Assembly: GCA_040218735.1 (NCBI GenBank)
Contig: JAVJQW010000020.1
Span: 36,114-100,113, forward strand
Length of the DNA: 64,000 nucleotides
DNA from: Deltaproteobacteria bacterium
GTDB lineage: Bacteria; Myxococcota; Kuafuiibacteriia; Kuafuiibacteriales; Kuafuiibacteriaceae
Direction: 5' to 3'
The notes under the pieces were generated by a model. That model did no database searches. It was not told the origin of the DNA and saw nothing but the letters and a program-made list of their open reading frames with translations. The translations under genes and the position numbers were made by a program. Below are positions 37,808-49,918 of the stretch, piece after piece. How positions within the stretch are numbered: the stretch's first letter is position 1; each line of letters starts with the position of its first letter.

Positions 37808-39457
37808 GTGGCGAAGATCGAGAGCATTCGACCGGGAGGGACGCTGGAGGCGTCCTTCGGCACGTACCCGCTCGCCGAGCTGTTGATCGGCATCCTGCGC
37901 GGCAACTTGTCGGGGCGCCTCGACGTCTTCCTCCACCCCGAGCCGCGCAACCACGTGCTGTTCCGCAACGGCGTCCCGGTGTCGGTCGAGCTACCGGACT
38001 CTGGCGCGTCGCTCGTGAAGATCCTGATCGACGCGAACTCACTCCCGCGCGAGCGCGGGTTGGATCTGCTTCGTCTCGCCGAAGCCTCCGGTCGTTCGGA
38101 GGTCGCGTTGATCCGTCAACACAAGTTGCTCAGCCCCGGCGCGTTGCAGGCGGCGCTCGCGCGGCTCGCGCGCGCGCAGGTCGTGAGGCTGTTCGACGTG
38201 GGACCGGCCGAGTTCCGTTTCTCGGAAGGCGTGCCGTCGCCCGACGGTGTGGCGTTCACGATCCTTCAACCGCTCCCGATCGTCTACGAAGGTCTGCGCA
38301 ACGCGACGCACCGCGGTCCGATCGACGACTTCCTTTCCACGCATGGCCGCAACACGTTCGTGCTCTCCGCGACCTACCCGCACGGGATCGATCCGTTCGA
38401 GTGGGGGGGGGACGTGGAGAAGGTCATCACGCCCCAGGATCAGTCGGTGTCGCTCGACCTGCTGGTGTCGCGCGGGTTGAGTCGTGAGACGGCCGGCGCT
38501 GCGATCATGAGCGCATACCTCGCCGGCATGATGGAGGTGAGCGGTCGAGAGCCGGAGCGCCGTGAGCGCCCCGTCGAGGATCCCCGCCTGGTCGACGCGC
38601 GACGTGCGTCGGCGGCGCGCGTGGACGCGCCACCTCAGAAGGACCCGTCGGGGCTCGTCATCCATCGGCGCTCGGGGGCCCAAGCGGTGCCGGTCAACGT
38701 CGCCAAGGCCGAGCCGAAGTCGTCGGCCGTCGTACTCCAGCCTCCGCCGGCCGCACCGGCGCGACCCGCACCTGCCTCCGGTCCGAACCCCCATGACCTC
38801 GAGTACACGGCCGTGCGCGACCGGTTGCTCCAGTACCGCGATCAGAACTACTTCCAGGTGCTGCGCGTCGCGCCCGGGACCGACGCCACGCAGCTCGAAC
38901 GCGCGTACCGCTTCATGCTCCGTCGCCTCGAGGACGAGCCGGACGACTACGCGACGCGGGTGCAGAAGGACTTCCTGACCGACGTGGCCGACGTGTTGCG
39001 CGACCCGGATCGCGGGCGGCGCTACGCGAACCTCGTCGCGCAGGCGGAGACCGCGGCGCCGGTGGATCGTGAGCGCCTCGCGGTGGAGGCGGAGCCGAAG
39101 GTCGAACGTGCGTTCCGCGCGATGGCTCAGAACCACACCGGGGCGGCGACCTACCTGCTGTCGTGGGCGGAGAAGCAGGACAGCACGCGGACCGACGTAC
39201 GCATCCTGTTCGCGATGATCGACTACCTGAGAACGCCGCCCGCCGTGCGGATCGATCACACGCGAACGCTCGAGCACCTGATCGACGAAGAGCTCACGAA
39301 GCGCTCGCACGATTGGCGTGTTCGCTTGTGCTTCGGCTTGCTGCTCGCGGAGCGCGGCGACGAACGGGGCGCGCGTCGCAACATCGCGGCGGCGCCGGAC
39401 GCGAGTCATCCGATGGTGCGGAGGATCGGTGCGCTGGTCGCCGGTGATCGCGGTTAG
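37808..39457 (+). CDS. DUF4388-like domain + J-domain-like + TPR protein
   Basis: PLAELL...SGRL...VLFRNGVPV; NYFQVLRV...LERAYR...VLRDP..R.RY with no HPD. Confidence 0.75.
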   Translation: MAKIESIRPGGTLEASFGTYPLAELLIGILRGNLSGRLDVFLHPEPRNHVLFRNGVPVSVELPDSGASLVKILIDANSLPRERGLDLLRLAEASGRSEVALIRQHKLLSPGALQAALARLARAQVVRLFDVGPAEFRFSEGVPSPDGVAFTILQPLPIVYEGLRNATHRGPIDDFLSTHGRNTFVLSATYPHGIDPFEWGGDVEKVITPQDQSVSLDLLVSRGLSRETAGAAIMSAYLAGMMEVSGREPERRERPVEDPRLVDARRASAARVDAPPQKDPSGLVIHRRSGAQAVPVNVAKAEPKSSAVVLQPPPAAPARPAPASGPNPHDLEYTAVRDRLLQYRDQNYFQVLRVAPGTDATQLERAYRFMLRRLEDEPDDYATRVQKDFLTDVADVLRDPDRGRRYANLVAQAETAAPVDRERLAVEAEPKVERAFRAMAQNHTGAATYLLSWAEKQDSTRTDVRILFAMIDYLRTPPAVRIDHTRTLEHLIDEELTKRSHDWRVRLCFGLLLAERGDERGARRNIAAAPDASHPMVRRIGALVAGDRG

Positions 39458-39950
39458 TCTGCTCGCCGCATCGTGTGGCCCGCGCGAAGCGGAGCCGCTC
39501 GTGGACCTCGAAGCGTTCGCCGTCGTGAGCCACACGATGGACGACCCCTTTCGCGACACCCGCCCGGCGGACCCCGATTGTGATCTCGCGACGACCGGCT
39601 ACGAGCTGTTCGGCGGCGAGCCGTCCTACGGGGTCGACACCGCGCGCTGCGGGTACGTCACCGCGTCGGCGCCGTCGCTGACGCACATCGACGAGGGGGA
39701 TCGCGTGCATCTGAGGCTCTGGCACTTCGATCTGGTGGCGCGCGAGCCGGCGACGGCGACCGTGGCGATCACCGTCGGCGGGCGCCCGCTCTTCGAGAAA
39801 CACCTCGCGATCCCCGGGCCCTCCGGACTCGACGCGCCGTCCTTCGAGGCGACGTTCGACGCCGAGGCCGGCGATCGGGTGCATTTCCACGTCCGGAACC
39901 ACGGCAGCAACTCGTACGCGCTGCTGGAGGTCACCGTCGGGGGACAATGA
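39429..39950 (+). CDS. hypothetical lipoprotein
   Basis: GTG after GGAGG; LLAASC lipobox; WHFDL, FHVRNHG.NSY. Confidence 0.7.
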   Translation: MRWSPVIAVSLLAASCGPREAEPLVDLEAFAVVSHTMDDPFRDTRPADPDCDLATTGYELFGGEPSYGVDTARCGYVTASAPSLTHIDEGDRVHLRLWHFDLVAREPATATVAITVGGRPLFEKHLAIPGPSGLDAPSFEATFDAEAGDRVHFHVRNHGSNSYALLEVTVGGQ

Positions 39951-39990
39951 GCTTGACCGGCCCCACGGTTCGGACCAAGGAATCGGCACG

Positions 39991-40770
39991 ATGAACGGTG
40001 CCACTCGGATCGCAGCGCCGCTCCTCGCGACCCTCCTCGTCGCGTGCCCCGCGTCGGAGGAGTACCTGCGCAAGGGCAACGTCATGTTCAGCAACGGCCA
40101 ACTCGATCAGGCCGAGCAGTTCTACGCCCAGGCCCTCGAAGCGGACGAAGACAGCGTGCGTGCGCTCGACGGGCTCGGCAACGTCGCCTTCGAGCGTAAG
40201 AAGTACGACGTCGCGATCGACTTCTACGAGCGCGCCGTGAAGGTGAACCCGGACGCGATCGCGGCGCGGCATCACCTGGCCGTCGCGCTGTCCTCCGCCG
40301 GGCGCATCGAAGATGCGAAGAAGGCGTTGCTCGCGACGATCGAGAGCGCGCCCGACGACGTGTTTGCGTTCTTCTCGCTCGGCGGCCTGTACGACAAGTC
40401 GGGCGACGCGAAGCAGGCGGAGGAGATGTTCGCCAAGGCGCTCGCGATCGACGAAGACCACCGTCCGTCTCGCTATGCGCTCGCGATCCTTCTGACGAAC
40501 GCGGGGCGCACCGAGGAGGCCGAGCGCCAGCTGACGCGGCTCACGCAGGCCGGCGCGAAGGGCCTGGCGGCGTACGGCTACGCGCGCATCGCGGCGAAGG
40601 CCGGTGAGAACGCGGAGGCTGCGAAGCACCTGGAGGACGTCCTCGCGGCGGGCGTCGATCACCCGGAGAAGATCCTCGCGGACGCAGCGTTCTCCAAGGC
40701 GTGGAGCGCGCCCGAGATGCAGGCGGTACGCAAGAAGCTCGCGGCGACGACATCCACGGTGAGCGAGTGA
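39991..40770 (+). CDS. TPR repeat lipoprotein
   Basis: LLVAC lipobox; multiple TPR repeats (A..GLG, YERA.K.NP). Confidence 0.88.
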   Translation: MNGATRIAAPLLATLLVACPASEEYLRKGNVMFSNGQLDQAEQFYAQALEADEDSVRALDGLGNVAFERKKYDVAIDFYERAVKVNPDAIAARHHLAVALSSAGRIEDAKKALLATIESAPDDVFAFFSLGGLYDKSGDAKQAEEMFAKALAIDEDHRPSRYALAILLTNAGRTEEAERQLTRLTQAGAKGLAAYGYARIAAKAGENAEAAKHLEDVLAAGVDHPEKILADAAFSKAWSAPEMQAVRKKLAATTSTVSE

Positions 40771-41657
40771 GGGCAGCGCTCCTGCTCGTGCCTCTGCTCG
40801 GCGCGGCCTGCGCGTCCACTCCCACCCGAACGCATTTTCGAGCGGCCCCGATTCCGGAGATCGCCGGCACGGTCGGCATGGTCGCGGTGACCGCGCTGAT
40901 CGACCTCGAGAAACACGACTGGGACGAGATGACCGCGTGTTTCGGCGACGCCCGCGCGCCCACCGAGAAGGAGCGCGTGGCGTTCCTCGCGCTGCCCGAG
41001 GACGGCGACGTTTGCGACGAGACGAAGATCATCCCGCCGGACCGCTGGGTGTCGAAGATGAACTGGCCGCCGGCGCGGCAGATCTCGGACATCGGCGTGA
41101 TGTCGATGCTCGCGCTCCCGTTTGCCTTCAGCGCGCTCGACACGCTCGGCAACGACGAGAGCGCGGAGCGCATCGGCGTCGACGCCATCGTGGCGAGTGA
41201 GTCGATCGCCGCGACGTTGTTGGCGGGGGCGATCGTGAAGATGGCGGCGCGCCGTCCGCGTCCGCTGACGTACAACAAGACGTTCGGAAAACGGGCGCGC
41301 TTCGGCGGGGACGCGCGCCTGTCGTTCCCGTCGAACCACTCCTCGGCCGCGTTCGCCGGGGCGTCGGTGACCTCGGTGATGGTGCTGGAGCGCTACGGTG
41401 TCTCGACCGGGTCCGTGCTCGCGGTGTCGGGGGCGTACCTCGGGGCCGCGACGGTGGGGACGATGCGGATGCTCGCCGGAAAACACTTCCTCACCGACGT
41501 GTTGGTCGGAGCGGCGCTCGGCACGTTCTTTGGCCTCATGGTGCCGATCGTGCACCTCGATCGCGCCCCCAAGCAGATCCTCCGGGACACGGCGGTCTCG
41601 TACCCAGGCCCCGATCGGGTGTACGTTCCCGTGGTCTCGTTCGGTGGTGGTTGGTAG
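40767..41657 (+). CDS. PAP2 family phosphatase
   Basis: K....RPRP, SFPSNH, R..AGKHF.TDV..G; GTGA coupling. Confidence 0.88.
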   Translation: MRAALLLVPLLGAACASTPTRTHFRAAPIPEIAGTVGMVAVTALIDLEKHDWDEMTACFGDARAPTEKERVAFLALPEDGDVCDETKIIPPDRWVSKMNWPPARQISDIGVMSMLALPFAFSALDTLGNDESAERIGVDAIVASESIAATLLAGAIVKMAARRPRPLTYNKTFGKRARFGGDARLSFPSNHSSAAFAGASVTSVMVLERYGVSTGSVLAVSGAYLGAATVGTMRMLAGKHFLTDVLVGAALGTFFGLMVPIVHLDRAPKQILRDTAVSYPGPDRVYVPVVSFGGGW

Positions 41658-42122
41658 ATGGACCGACTGAAGCAGCTCCTGGTCGAAGGGTTCGTCAGCA
41701 TCGTCGGGCTCGTCCGCTCGACGAAGGAGGCGTACGACGGCGCGAACCGCTTCGCACGCATGCGCCTCGCGATCCTCGCGTTCCTCGTCGTGGATCTGGT
41801 CGTCGTCGTGGGGTTCATGTCGTCGATCGGCTCGCGCGCGTTGGAGCTGACGGTGTTCTTCAAGAAGAGCTTCCCGTCGAACATGCTCGTGGTGCGCAAC
41901 GAGTCGGGCGAGGCGATGACGCAGGTGCGCTTCACGCTCGACAACCGCTACGTCCTCACGGTGCCGAGCCTCGCACCCGGGCTGCACGGCTTCGAGGTGA
42001 ATCGGGTGTTCATGGATCCGCAGGAGCTCCCGCCCGAGGAGTCGTACACGCCGAGGGTCGTCGTCGTGGAGACGGATGGAGAGCGCATGACGCTCGACGT
42101 CTCCCGCGAGCCCGGGTCGTGA
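41658..42122 (+). CDS. hypothetical single-TM protein
   Basis: Directly abuts its neighbours; one TM segment; host-like codon usage. Confidence 0.75.
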   Translation: MDRLKQLLVEGFVSIVGLVRSTKEAYDGANRFARMRLAILAFLVVDLVVVVGFMSSIGSRALELTVFFKKSFPSNMLVVRNESGEAMTQVRFTLDNRYVLTVPSLAPGLHGFEVNRVFMDPQELPPEESYTPRVVVVETDGERMTLDVSREPGS

Positions 42123-42742
42123 CCCTCGCGCGCCTCTCGGAGGCGCTCGGCCTCGGCGCGGATCCGGAGGCGGTCCTGGCCGCGGTGCGTCGGGTCTACG
42201 ACGAAGTCGACGCCGAGGTCGCCGCGCGTACGAAGGGCATCGACCTTCCGTGCAAGGCAGGTTGCGACGCCTGCTGCCACGAGAGTGTGTTCGTCTCGGC
42301 GCCGGAGTGGCTCCTCGTCGCGGCGCAGCTGCTCGACGAACACCCCGCCGAGGGGCGGCGGTCGATCGTCGACGAGATGCGGGTGCTCGCGGAGCGCTTC
42401 GAGGACGAGCTGGAGCTCCTCGAGACCATCCCGCCGGGGGCGGAGCGCGACGAGGTGGCGGCGCGCGTGAAGTTCCGCTGCCCGCTGCTCACGAACTCGG
42501 GGCAGTGCTCGGTGTACGCGTCGCGGGAGCTCAACGGGCGGACGTTCGGGCAGACCTGGCAGGGCAAGCGGGGCCACCCGTTCGGCTGCGAGCTGACCCA
42601 CGATCGGCTGCGGGTGCTGCCGGACGCACGGTTGTTCGACGCGGTCGATGCGCGACGGAAGCTCGCCGCGGCGTTCCCGGCGATCGACTTCGTGCACGTG
42701 TTCCCGTGGTGGTTCGACCGCTACGGCGACTACTTGCTCTGA
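42119..42742 (+). CDS. YkgJ family cysteine-cluster protein
   Basis: CKAGCDACC, CPLL....CSVY..R; GTGA coupling. Confidence 0.82.
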   Translation: MTLARLSEALGLGADPEAVLAAVRRVYDEVDAEVAARTKGIDLPCKAGCDACCHESVFVSAPEWLLVAAQLLDEHPAEGRRSIVDEMRVLAERFEDELELLETIPPGAERDEVAARVKFRCPLLTNSGQCSVYASRELNGRTFGQTWQGKRGHPFGCELTHDRLRVLPDARLFDAVDARRKLAAAFPAIDFVHVFPWWFDRYGDYLL

Positions 42743-43656
42743 GCGTTCTCGCGGCGGCGCGCCGCGATGTTCCTGAGGACGAGCCAGATCATGCTGGGAC
42801 TCTCGTCCATGCGGCGCCGCAGGTATGCGGTCGCGTCCGACCAGCCCACGGCGAACGGCACGTAGAGGCGGACGGGGAGGGTGACGCCGAACTCACCCCC
42901 GGTGAGCTTGCCGATGATCTCGTCGCGCGGCACGCCGAGGAGCATCTGCACCTCGCAGCGGTCCGGCGCGGCGGGGGCGACCTCGCGCGCGAACCGCTCG
43001 ATGAAGGCTTCGTCGTGGGTGCCGAACTCGACGAAACAGCCCTGGTCGAGGAGCACCTTCGCGTAGGCGAGGAGGCGCTCCTTCATCGCGTTTTTGTCCG
43101 TGATCGCGACGTCCGCCGGCTCGGGATAGATGCCGATGACGATGCGGACGCGCATCCCCTCCGGGATCTTCGACAGGTCCGCTTCCGTCCGGTGCAGGCG
43201 CGTCTGGAGGACGGTGCCGACGTCGAGGCCTTCGCGGTACAGGGCCGTCGCGACGTCGATCGTGATGTCCGTCCAGTCGCGGTCCTCCATGTCGATGGTG
43301 ACCCCGACCTGGCGTTCATGAGCGAAACGCACGAGGTGGGCGAGACGTTCCCGTACGTCGTCCTGATCCTTGGCGGTGAAGCCGGACGGCTTGAGGGAGA
43401 CGGTGGGTTGGTACTCGCCGACGCGGAGCCGGGTGTCGTCCGCGACGCGCTGAATGAGCTGCTCGTAGACCTCGACGTTCGCGGCGACCTTCTTCTCGGT
43501 GTCGACGTCCTCGCCGAGGAGGTCGAACGTCGTGAGGAGCTGCTTCTCCCGGCGGATCTCGTCGGCCACGTCGAGGGCGGCCCGGATGCTGTCTCCGGCG
43601 ACGTACGGGCGCGCGAAGAATCGCACCAACGGTCCGGGGACGAGCTTCGAGAACAT
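42730..43656 (-). CDS. proline dehydrogenase (monofunctional)
   Basis: YVAG, DLLGE, SLKPS, IDMED, GTVLQ, GIY.E, GTHD, QMLLGV, YVPF...Y..RR..E. Confidence 0.9.
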   Translation of the reverse strand: MFSKLVPGPLVRFFARPYVAGDSIRAALDVADEIRREKQLLTTFDLLGEDVDTEKKVAANVEVYEQLIQRVADDTRLRVGEYQPTVSLKPSGFTAKDQDDVRERLAHLVRFAHERQVGVTIDMEDRDWTDITIDVATALYREGLDVGTVLQTRLHRTEADLSKIPEGMRVRIVIGIYPEPADVAITDKNAMKERLLAYAKVLLDQGCFVEFGTHDEAFIERFAREVAPAAPDRCEVQMLLGVPRDEIIGKLTGGEFGVTLPVRLYVPFAVGWSDATAYLRRRMDESPSMIWLVLRNIAARRRENAQSK

Positions 43657-43755
43657 GCTTGGGCGGACGTTTAACACGTCCCTTGACGGCCCGGATCCGG
43701 TTTTCAACTTGGCGGGCGAAGCGGCGAGGTTTTTGGCGCCGGAGGAGTTTTAGAC

Positions 43756-45642
<1,887 letters not shown>

Positions 45643-45672
45643 GGCTTTCTGCGTTCCTCCGAGCGCAGCTCG

Positions 45673-45715
45673 GGCCCGCGTCGCCGCACGTCGGCGGCGC
45701 GGGCCTTTTTTGTTT
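45673..45715 (+). terminator. Rho-independent terminator after dnaK
   Basis: GGCCCGCGTCGCCG-CACGT-CGGCGGCGCGGGCC followed by TTTTTTGTTT. Confidence 0.9.
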
Positions 45716-45722
45716 GCGGGCG

Positions 45723-46520
45723 CTACTCCTCGGGCGGCGACGCGACGACGCCCGGCTCGATCAACAGCGGCGACTTGCCGTCGGTGATGATCACCTTGGC
45801 GTTGGGGCTGCGGGCGAGGGAGCTGAACGCTTCGAGCGCGCGGTACTGGATGAGCATCGGCGTGAGGCCGCCATCGATGATCTTCTGGGCGTCGCGGATG
45901 CCGGTCGCCTCGACCCGGCGCCGCTCGGCTTCGCGTTTCTCGCGGTCGAGGACAAACGCCATCCGCTGGGCCTCCTGCTCGGCGGAGAGCTTCTCTTCGA
46001 TGGCGAGCGACAGCCCCTTCGGCAAGACGATCGACTTGAGCAGGACCCGTTCGATCTCGAACCCTCGCGGGCCGAGCTCCTCCCTCAGGCGTGCGGTGAT
46101 CTCGCGCTCGATCTCGTTGCGCTCGCGGCTGTGCATGTCCTTGGCGCTGTGACGCGCGGAGATGTCGGCGGCGGCGGAACGGAACGTCGGCAGCACGACC
46201 GAGTATTGGTAGTCCTCGCCGATGTCCTCCAGGACCCTCGGGACGGCCTCCGGGCGAATGCGGTAGAGGATCGAGATCTCGGACTGAACTGTGAGGCCTT
46301 CGCGGCTGGGGAGCGGCAGGTTCACCTCGAGGTTCTGCGTTCGAACCGGGAGGCGCACGACCGACGTGACGAAGAAGTTGTGGAACACCACGCCCGGCGG
46401 ATAGACCGTGTCGTCCAGCGCGCCGAGCGTGCGTTTGACGCCACGTTCTCCCGGCGCCACCGTCGCGCAGCCGGTAGCGATGGCGAGGATGGCGAGGGTT
46501 GGGACCAGGGTTCGGTGCAT
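45723..46520 (-). CDS. prohibitin/SPFH (band 7) family protein
   Basis: VAPGERGV..TLG, SREGL, AIEEKL.AEQEA, EA.GI.DAQ; IATGC lipobox-like. Confidence 0.92.
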   Translation of the reverse strand: MHRTLVPTLAILAIATGCATVAPGERGVKRTLGALDDTVYPPGVVFHNFFVTSVVRLPVRTQNLEVNLPLPSREGLTVQSEISILYRIRPEAVPRVLEDIGEDYQYSVVLPTFRSAAADISARHSAKDMHSRERNEIEREITARLREELGPRGFEIERVLLKSIVLPKGLSLAIEEKLSAEQEAQRMAFVLDREKREAERRRVEATGIRDAQKIIDGGLTPMLIQYRALEAFSSLARSPNAKVIITDGKSPLLIEPGVVASPPEE

Positions 46521-46699
46521 GACAACTCCTTCTGCTGTAGGGCGCGCGCCGGTCGCGCCGGTTTCACCCCGGATTTAAGCAGGTTCGCTGCGCTGGGCTC
46601 GGCCGAAAACGGCGTGCGACGTCCGAAATTCTGAGGGTCGACCGGGGCGGAGGTTTCCGATCCTCGATACACGAGGCGCCTAAAGTCCTCGCCCGTGCG

Positions 46700-46716
46700 G
46701 TGGCACCGTTTATGCG
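46700..46716 (+). promoter_or_regulatory. sigma54-type promoter with upstream TCCGA-N3 imperfect palindromes
   Basis: GTGGCACCGTTTATGCG (GG-N10-GC); TCCGA-TCC-TCGAT at 46656-46668 and TCCGA-AAT-TCTGA at 46622-46634. Confidence 0.65.
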
Positions 46717-46729
46717 TTCCTCGTCGCGC

Positions 46730-49700
46730 ATGATGCGGAAGTCGGGAATCCTCCTCGCCACGACATGTGTCCTCGCCGCCTGCTCCGACGGGCCGCTCGA
46801 ACCGGGGGCCCAACCGACCCCCAACCCCGGTGACACGACCTTTCACTCCGCCGACGGCTCCCCCGGACAGCGGACCGCGCGGGAGGCGGGCGGCGACGCG
46901 ACGCTCGCCGGGAGCGTCCCCACCGACGACGCGGCGAACGGCACCTCCGAGGCGCGCACCGTCGAAGAGGGCGACATCTACCGCGTCGGTCCCAACGGGC
47001 TGATCCTCAACCTCAACGCCTACCGCGGTCTCCAGATCATCGACTTCTCGAATCCGGCCGACCCCGAGATCATCGGGCGCGTCCGCGTCTCCGGCGCGCC
47101 GGTCGAGATGTACCAGGTCGGCGATCGCGTCTACATGCTGATCAACAACTGGTACGGCTACTACGGCAACCGCGAGTCACTCCGCGCGCAGGCCTACCAC
47201 GGCGGGCTCGTGCTCGTCGCCGACGTCTCGGACCCGCGCGCCCCCCGCATCACCGGTCGCGCCCAGGTCCCCGGGAACATCGTGTCCAGCCGCCTGACCC
47301 GCGGTAACGGACAAGAGGCCTTGTTCGTCGCGGCGACCGACTACGACTCGACCTACGTGAAGAGCTTCTCGATCTCGTCCGCCGGTGCGCTCGCCGCGCA
47401 GACCGAGCTCGAGCTCGGCGGTTACGTCACGGCGATCCAGGCGAGCGCCGACTACCTGATGGTCGCGAGCTTCGACTGGAGTCAGCGCGGCGCGGGCAGC
47501 GACGTGTCGCTGATCGACATCAGCGACCCGAGCGGCGCGATGGTCTTCGGCGACACGGTCACCGTCGCCGGCATGGTCCAGAACAAACACAACATGAACG
47601 TGCACGGGAGCGTCATGCGCATCGTCTCCGGCAACAACTGGAGCTCGTCGAGCAACACGAACCACGTGCAGACGTTCGACATCGCGAACCCCAACCAGGT
47701 CGTCCCGGTCGGACACGAGACGTTCGGCGCGGGTGAGTCGCTCTTCGCGACGCTGTTCCTCGGCAACAAGGCGTTCTTCGTGACCTACGAGCGCGTCGAC
47801 CCGTTCCACGCCTTCGAGATCACCGACGCGGGCGGCATCACGGAGCGCTCCGAGTTCATCGTCTCCGGCTGGAACGACTTCTTCCGCCCGGTGATGACCG
47901 AGACCCGCCTGGTCGGGATCGGCAAGAACGACCAAGACGGCACCACGCTCGCCGTCAGCCTCTACGACATCACCGACCTCGACAACGCGCGCCCGCTCCT
48001 CGACCGCGACGAGATCGATCTGACGTGGAGCTGGTCCGAGGCGAACTGGGACGACCGTGCGTTCTCCGTGCTCGAGGACGCGACCAGCGTCGTGAGCGAG
48101 GACGGCTTCGTCGAGACGGGCCTCGTGCTCTTGCCCTTCAACGGGTGGGATCGCGACTCGAACCGCTCTGCTTCCGGCGTCCAGATCTTCACGTTCTCCA
48201 ACGCGACGATCACCCGCCGCGGCGTCATGGAGCACGACACCCCCGTCCGCCGCACGTTCATGGCCGACAGCGACGAAAACCTCGCGGGCAACCTCTCCGA
48301 GGCCGAGCTGAGCTTCTTCGACGCGACGGACCCGGACGCGCCGCAGGAGATCGGACGCGTCGAGCTCGCGCCGAACTACAGCGGCATGGTCGTGTTCTCG
48401 AACTACGGCGTGCGCCGCAGCGACGACTCGGCCTACTGGGGCTGGTGGCGTGGTGGTCAGGTCGACGCCGACGCGAAGGACCGCCTCGAAGTCGTCTCAC
48501 TCGCCGGCGACGTCGACATCGCCGACGCGATCGCGACCGTCGAGATCCCGGCCGGTGCGCGCGTGCTGAAGATCTCGGATGACCGCATCGCCGTCGTCGC
48601 GACCGAATACTCGGACACCACGCGAGCCGCGCCGCAGGTCACGACGACGGTCGAGCTCATCAGCTTCGCGGATCCGACGAACCCGCGGCGGCTCGGCAGC
48701 TTCGAGACGAACGACATCCCGCCGACCGACGGTGGGTACTATCCGGCGTACGGGGACTTCGGGTGTTTCAACTGCGGTCGCTACTACGGCGGGACTTCGG
48801 ACCTTTACGTCGCGGGTGAAGCGCTGGTCATCGCCCAGCCGGTCTCCGAGAGCGCCGTCGAAGGCCAGGAGCACGTCGAGTATCGCTACCCGACGCAGCA
48901 GCGTTGGGAGAACTGTTGGGACGGCAACGGACCGCGCGCGTGCACGTACGTCAGCGGCGGCGTGCAGTGCACGCAGCTCACGCGCGTCGACGGCACCGAA
49001 GAACCCGAGGTCTGCTACGGCGAGTTCTTCCGCTGCTCGCAGGACGACGAGGGCCAGACGGAGTGCGTCGAAGTCGACGAGCGCGATGTCGCGGTCGAGA
49101 CGTACACGTCCACGCACGAGCGACGCCGCTACTGGTACCACTTCGATCTTCACGTCATCGACGTGAGCGCGGACGCGCCGACGGTCGGCCCGGTCGTGCG
49201 GATGGCGCGGACCGAGGAAGCCGTGAACGTCCTCGCCGTCGAGGACTCGCTGTTCATCACGCACAAGCGCCCGCACCGCGTCGAAGGCGACGCGCGTCCG
49301 TACGTGAGGTACTTCTTCCGCGAGATCGGTTTGGCGAACGCGCAGCGCCCGAACGTGTCGGCGGACGTCAACATCCCCGGGACGCTGGTGAGTGTCGACG
49401 GGAACAAACTCGTCACGCGCGACCACCTCTGGGGTCGCCGCATCGTGGAGACGAGCGTCAACCGCCTCACGCGGATGGGCAGCGTCGCGAGCCTCGACGG
49501 CACGCGTCGCTTCGCGGACCGGCATGTCGAGCGCATCGAGCTCGACGGCCGCGGGCACGTCCTGGTCAGCCACGGGCCGACGTGGTCCTACGGGTCCTCG
49601 CCGACGTCGGAGCAGGTCGTCCGCTTGGCGGCGCTCGATCTGGATGGTCCGCGATTCGGGCTGCTGTCCGAGGTGGACATCGACGCGTGGGCGAGCCTTC

Positions 49701-49915
49701 GCGCGGCGTGGAACGGTCGCGCGCTGTTCGCGGTCCCGGGCGGGATGTTGGTCGTGAACCTCGACCGCATCGAGCGGCCGGTCGCGCAGGCGTACTTCCC
49801 GGTGATCGGGTGGCCGAGCGACATCACGGTCAGCGGCGACGACGTGTACCTGTCGGCGGGGCGCTTCGGCGTCTACACACTCGACGCCAACACCGCGAAC
49901 CTCCTGGAGCGCTGA
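46730..49915 (+). CDS. beta-propeller domain-containing lipoprotein
   Basis: VLAAC lipobox; VEEGDIY, GESLFAT.F, VTYERVDP, VSLYDI, SEANWDDRAF. Confidence 0.85.
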   Translation: MMRKSGILLATTCVLAACSDGPLEPGAQPTPNPGDTTFHSADGSPGQRTAREAGGDATLAGSVPTDDAANGTSEARTVEEGDIYRVGPNGLILNLNAYRGLQIIDFSNPADPEIIGRVRVSGAPVEMYQVGDRVYMLINNWYGYYGNRESLRAQAYHGGLVLVADVSDPRAPRITGRAQVPGNIVSSRLTRGNGQEALFVAATDYDSTYVKSFSISSAGALAAQTELELGGYVTAIQASADYLMVASFDWSQRGAGSDVSLIDISDPSGAMVFGDTVTVAGMVQNKHNMNVHGSVMRIVSGNNWSSSSNTNHVQTFDIANPNQVVPVGHETFGAGESLFATLFLGNKAFFVTYERVDPFHAFEITDAGGITERSEFIVSGWNDFFRPVMTETRLVGIGKNDQDGTTLAVSLYDITDLDNARPLLDRDEIDLTWSWSEANWDDRAFSVLEDATSVVSEDGFVETGLVLLPFNGWDRDSNRSASGVQIFTFSNATITRRGVMEHDTPVRRTFMADSDENLAGNLSEAELSFFDATDPDAPQEIGRVELAPNYSGMVVFSNYGVRRSDDSAYWGWWRGGQVDADAKDRLEVVSLAGDVDIADAIATVEIPAGARVLKISDDRIAVVATEYSDTTRAAPQVTTTVELISFADPTNPRRLGSFETNDIPPTDGGYYPAYGDFGCFNCGRYYGGTSDLYVAGEALVIAQPVSESAVEGQEHVEYRYPTQQRWENCWDGNGPRACTYVSGGVQCTQLTRVDGTEEPEVCYGEFFRCSQDDEGQTECVEVDERDVAVETYTSTHERRRYWYHFDLHVIDVSADAPTVGPVVRMARTEEAVNVLAVEDSLFITHKRPHRVEGDARPYVRYFFREIGLANAQRPNVSADVNIPGTLVSVDGNKLVTRDHLWGRRIVETSVNRLTRMGSVASLDGTRRFADRHVERIELDGRGHVLVSHGPTWSYGSSPTSEQVVRLAALDLDGPRFGLLSEVDIDAWASLRAAWNGRALFAVPGGMLVVNLDRIERPVAQAYFPVIGWPSDITVSGDDVYLSAGRFGVYTLDANTANLLER

Positions 49916-49918
49916 GAC

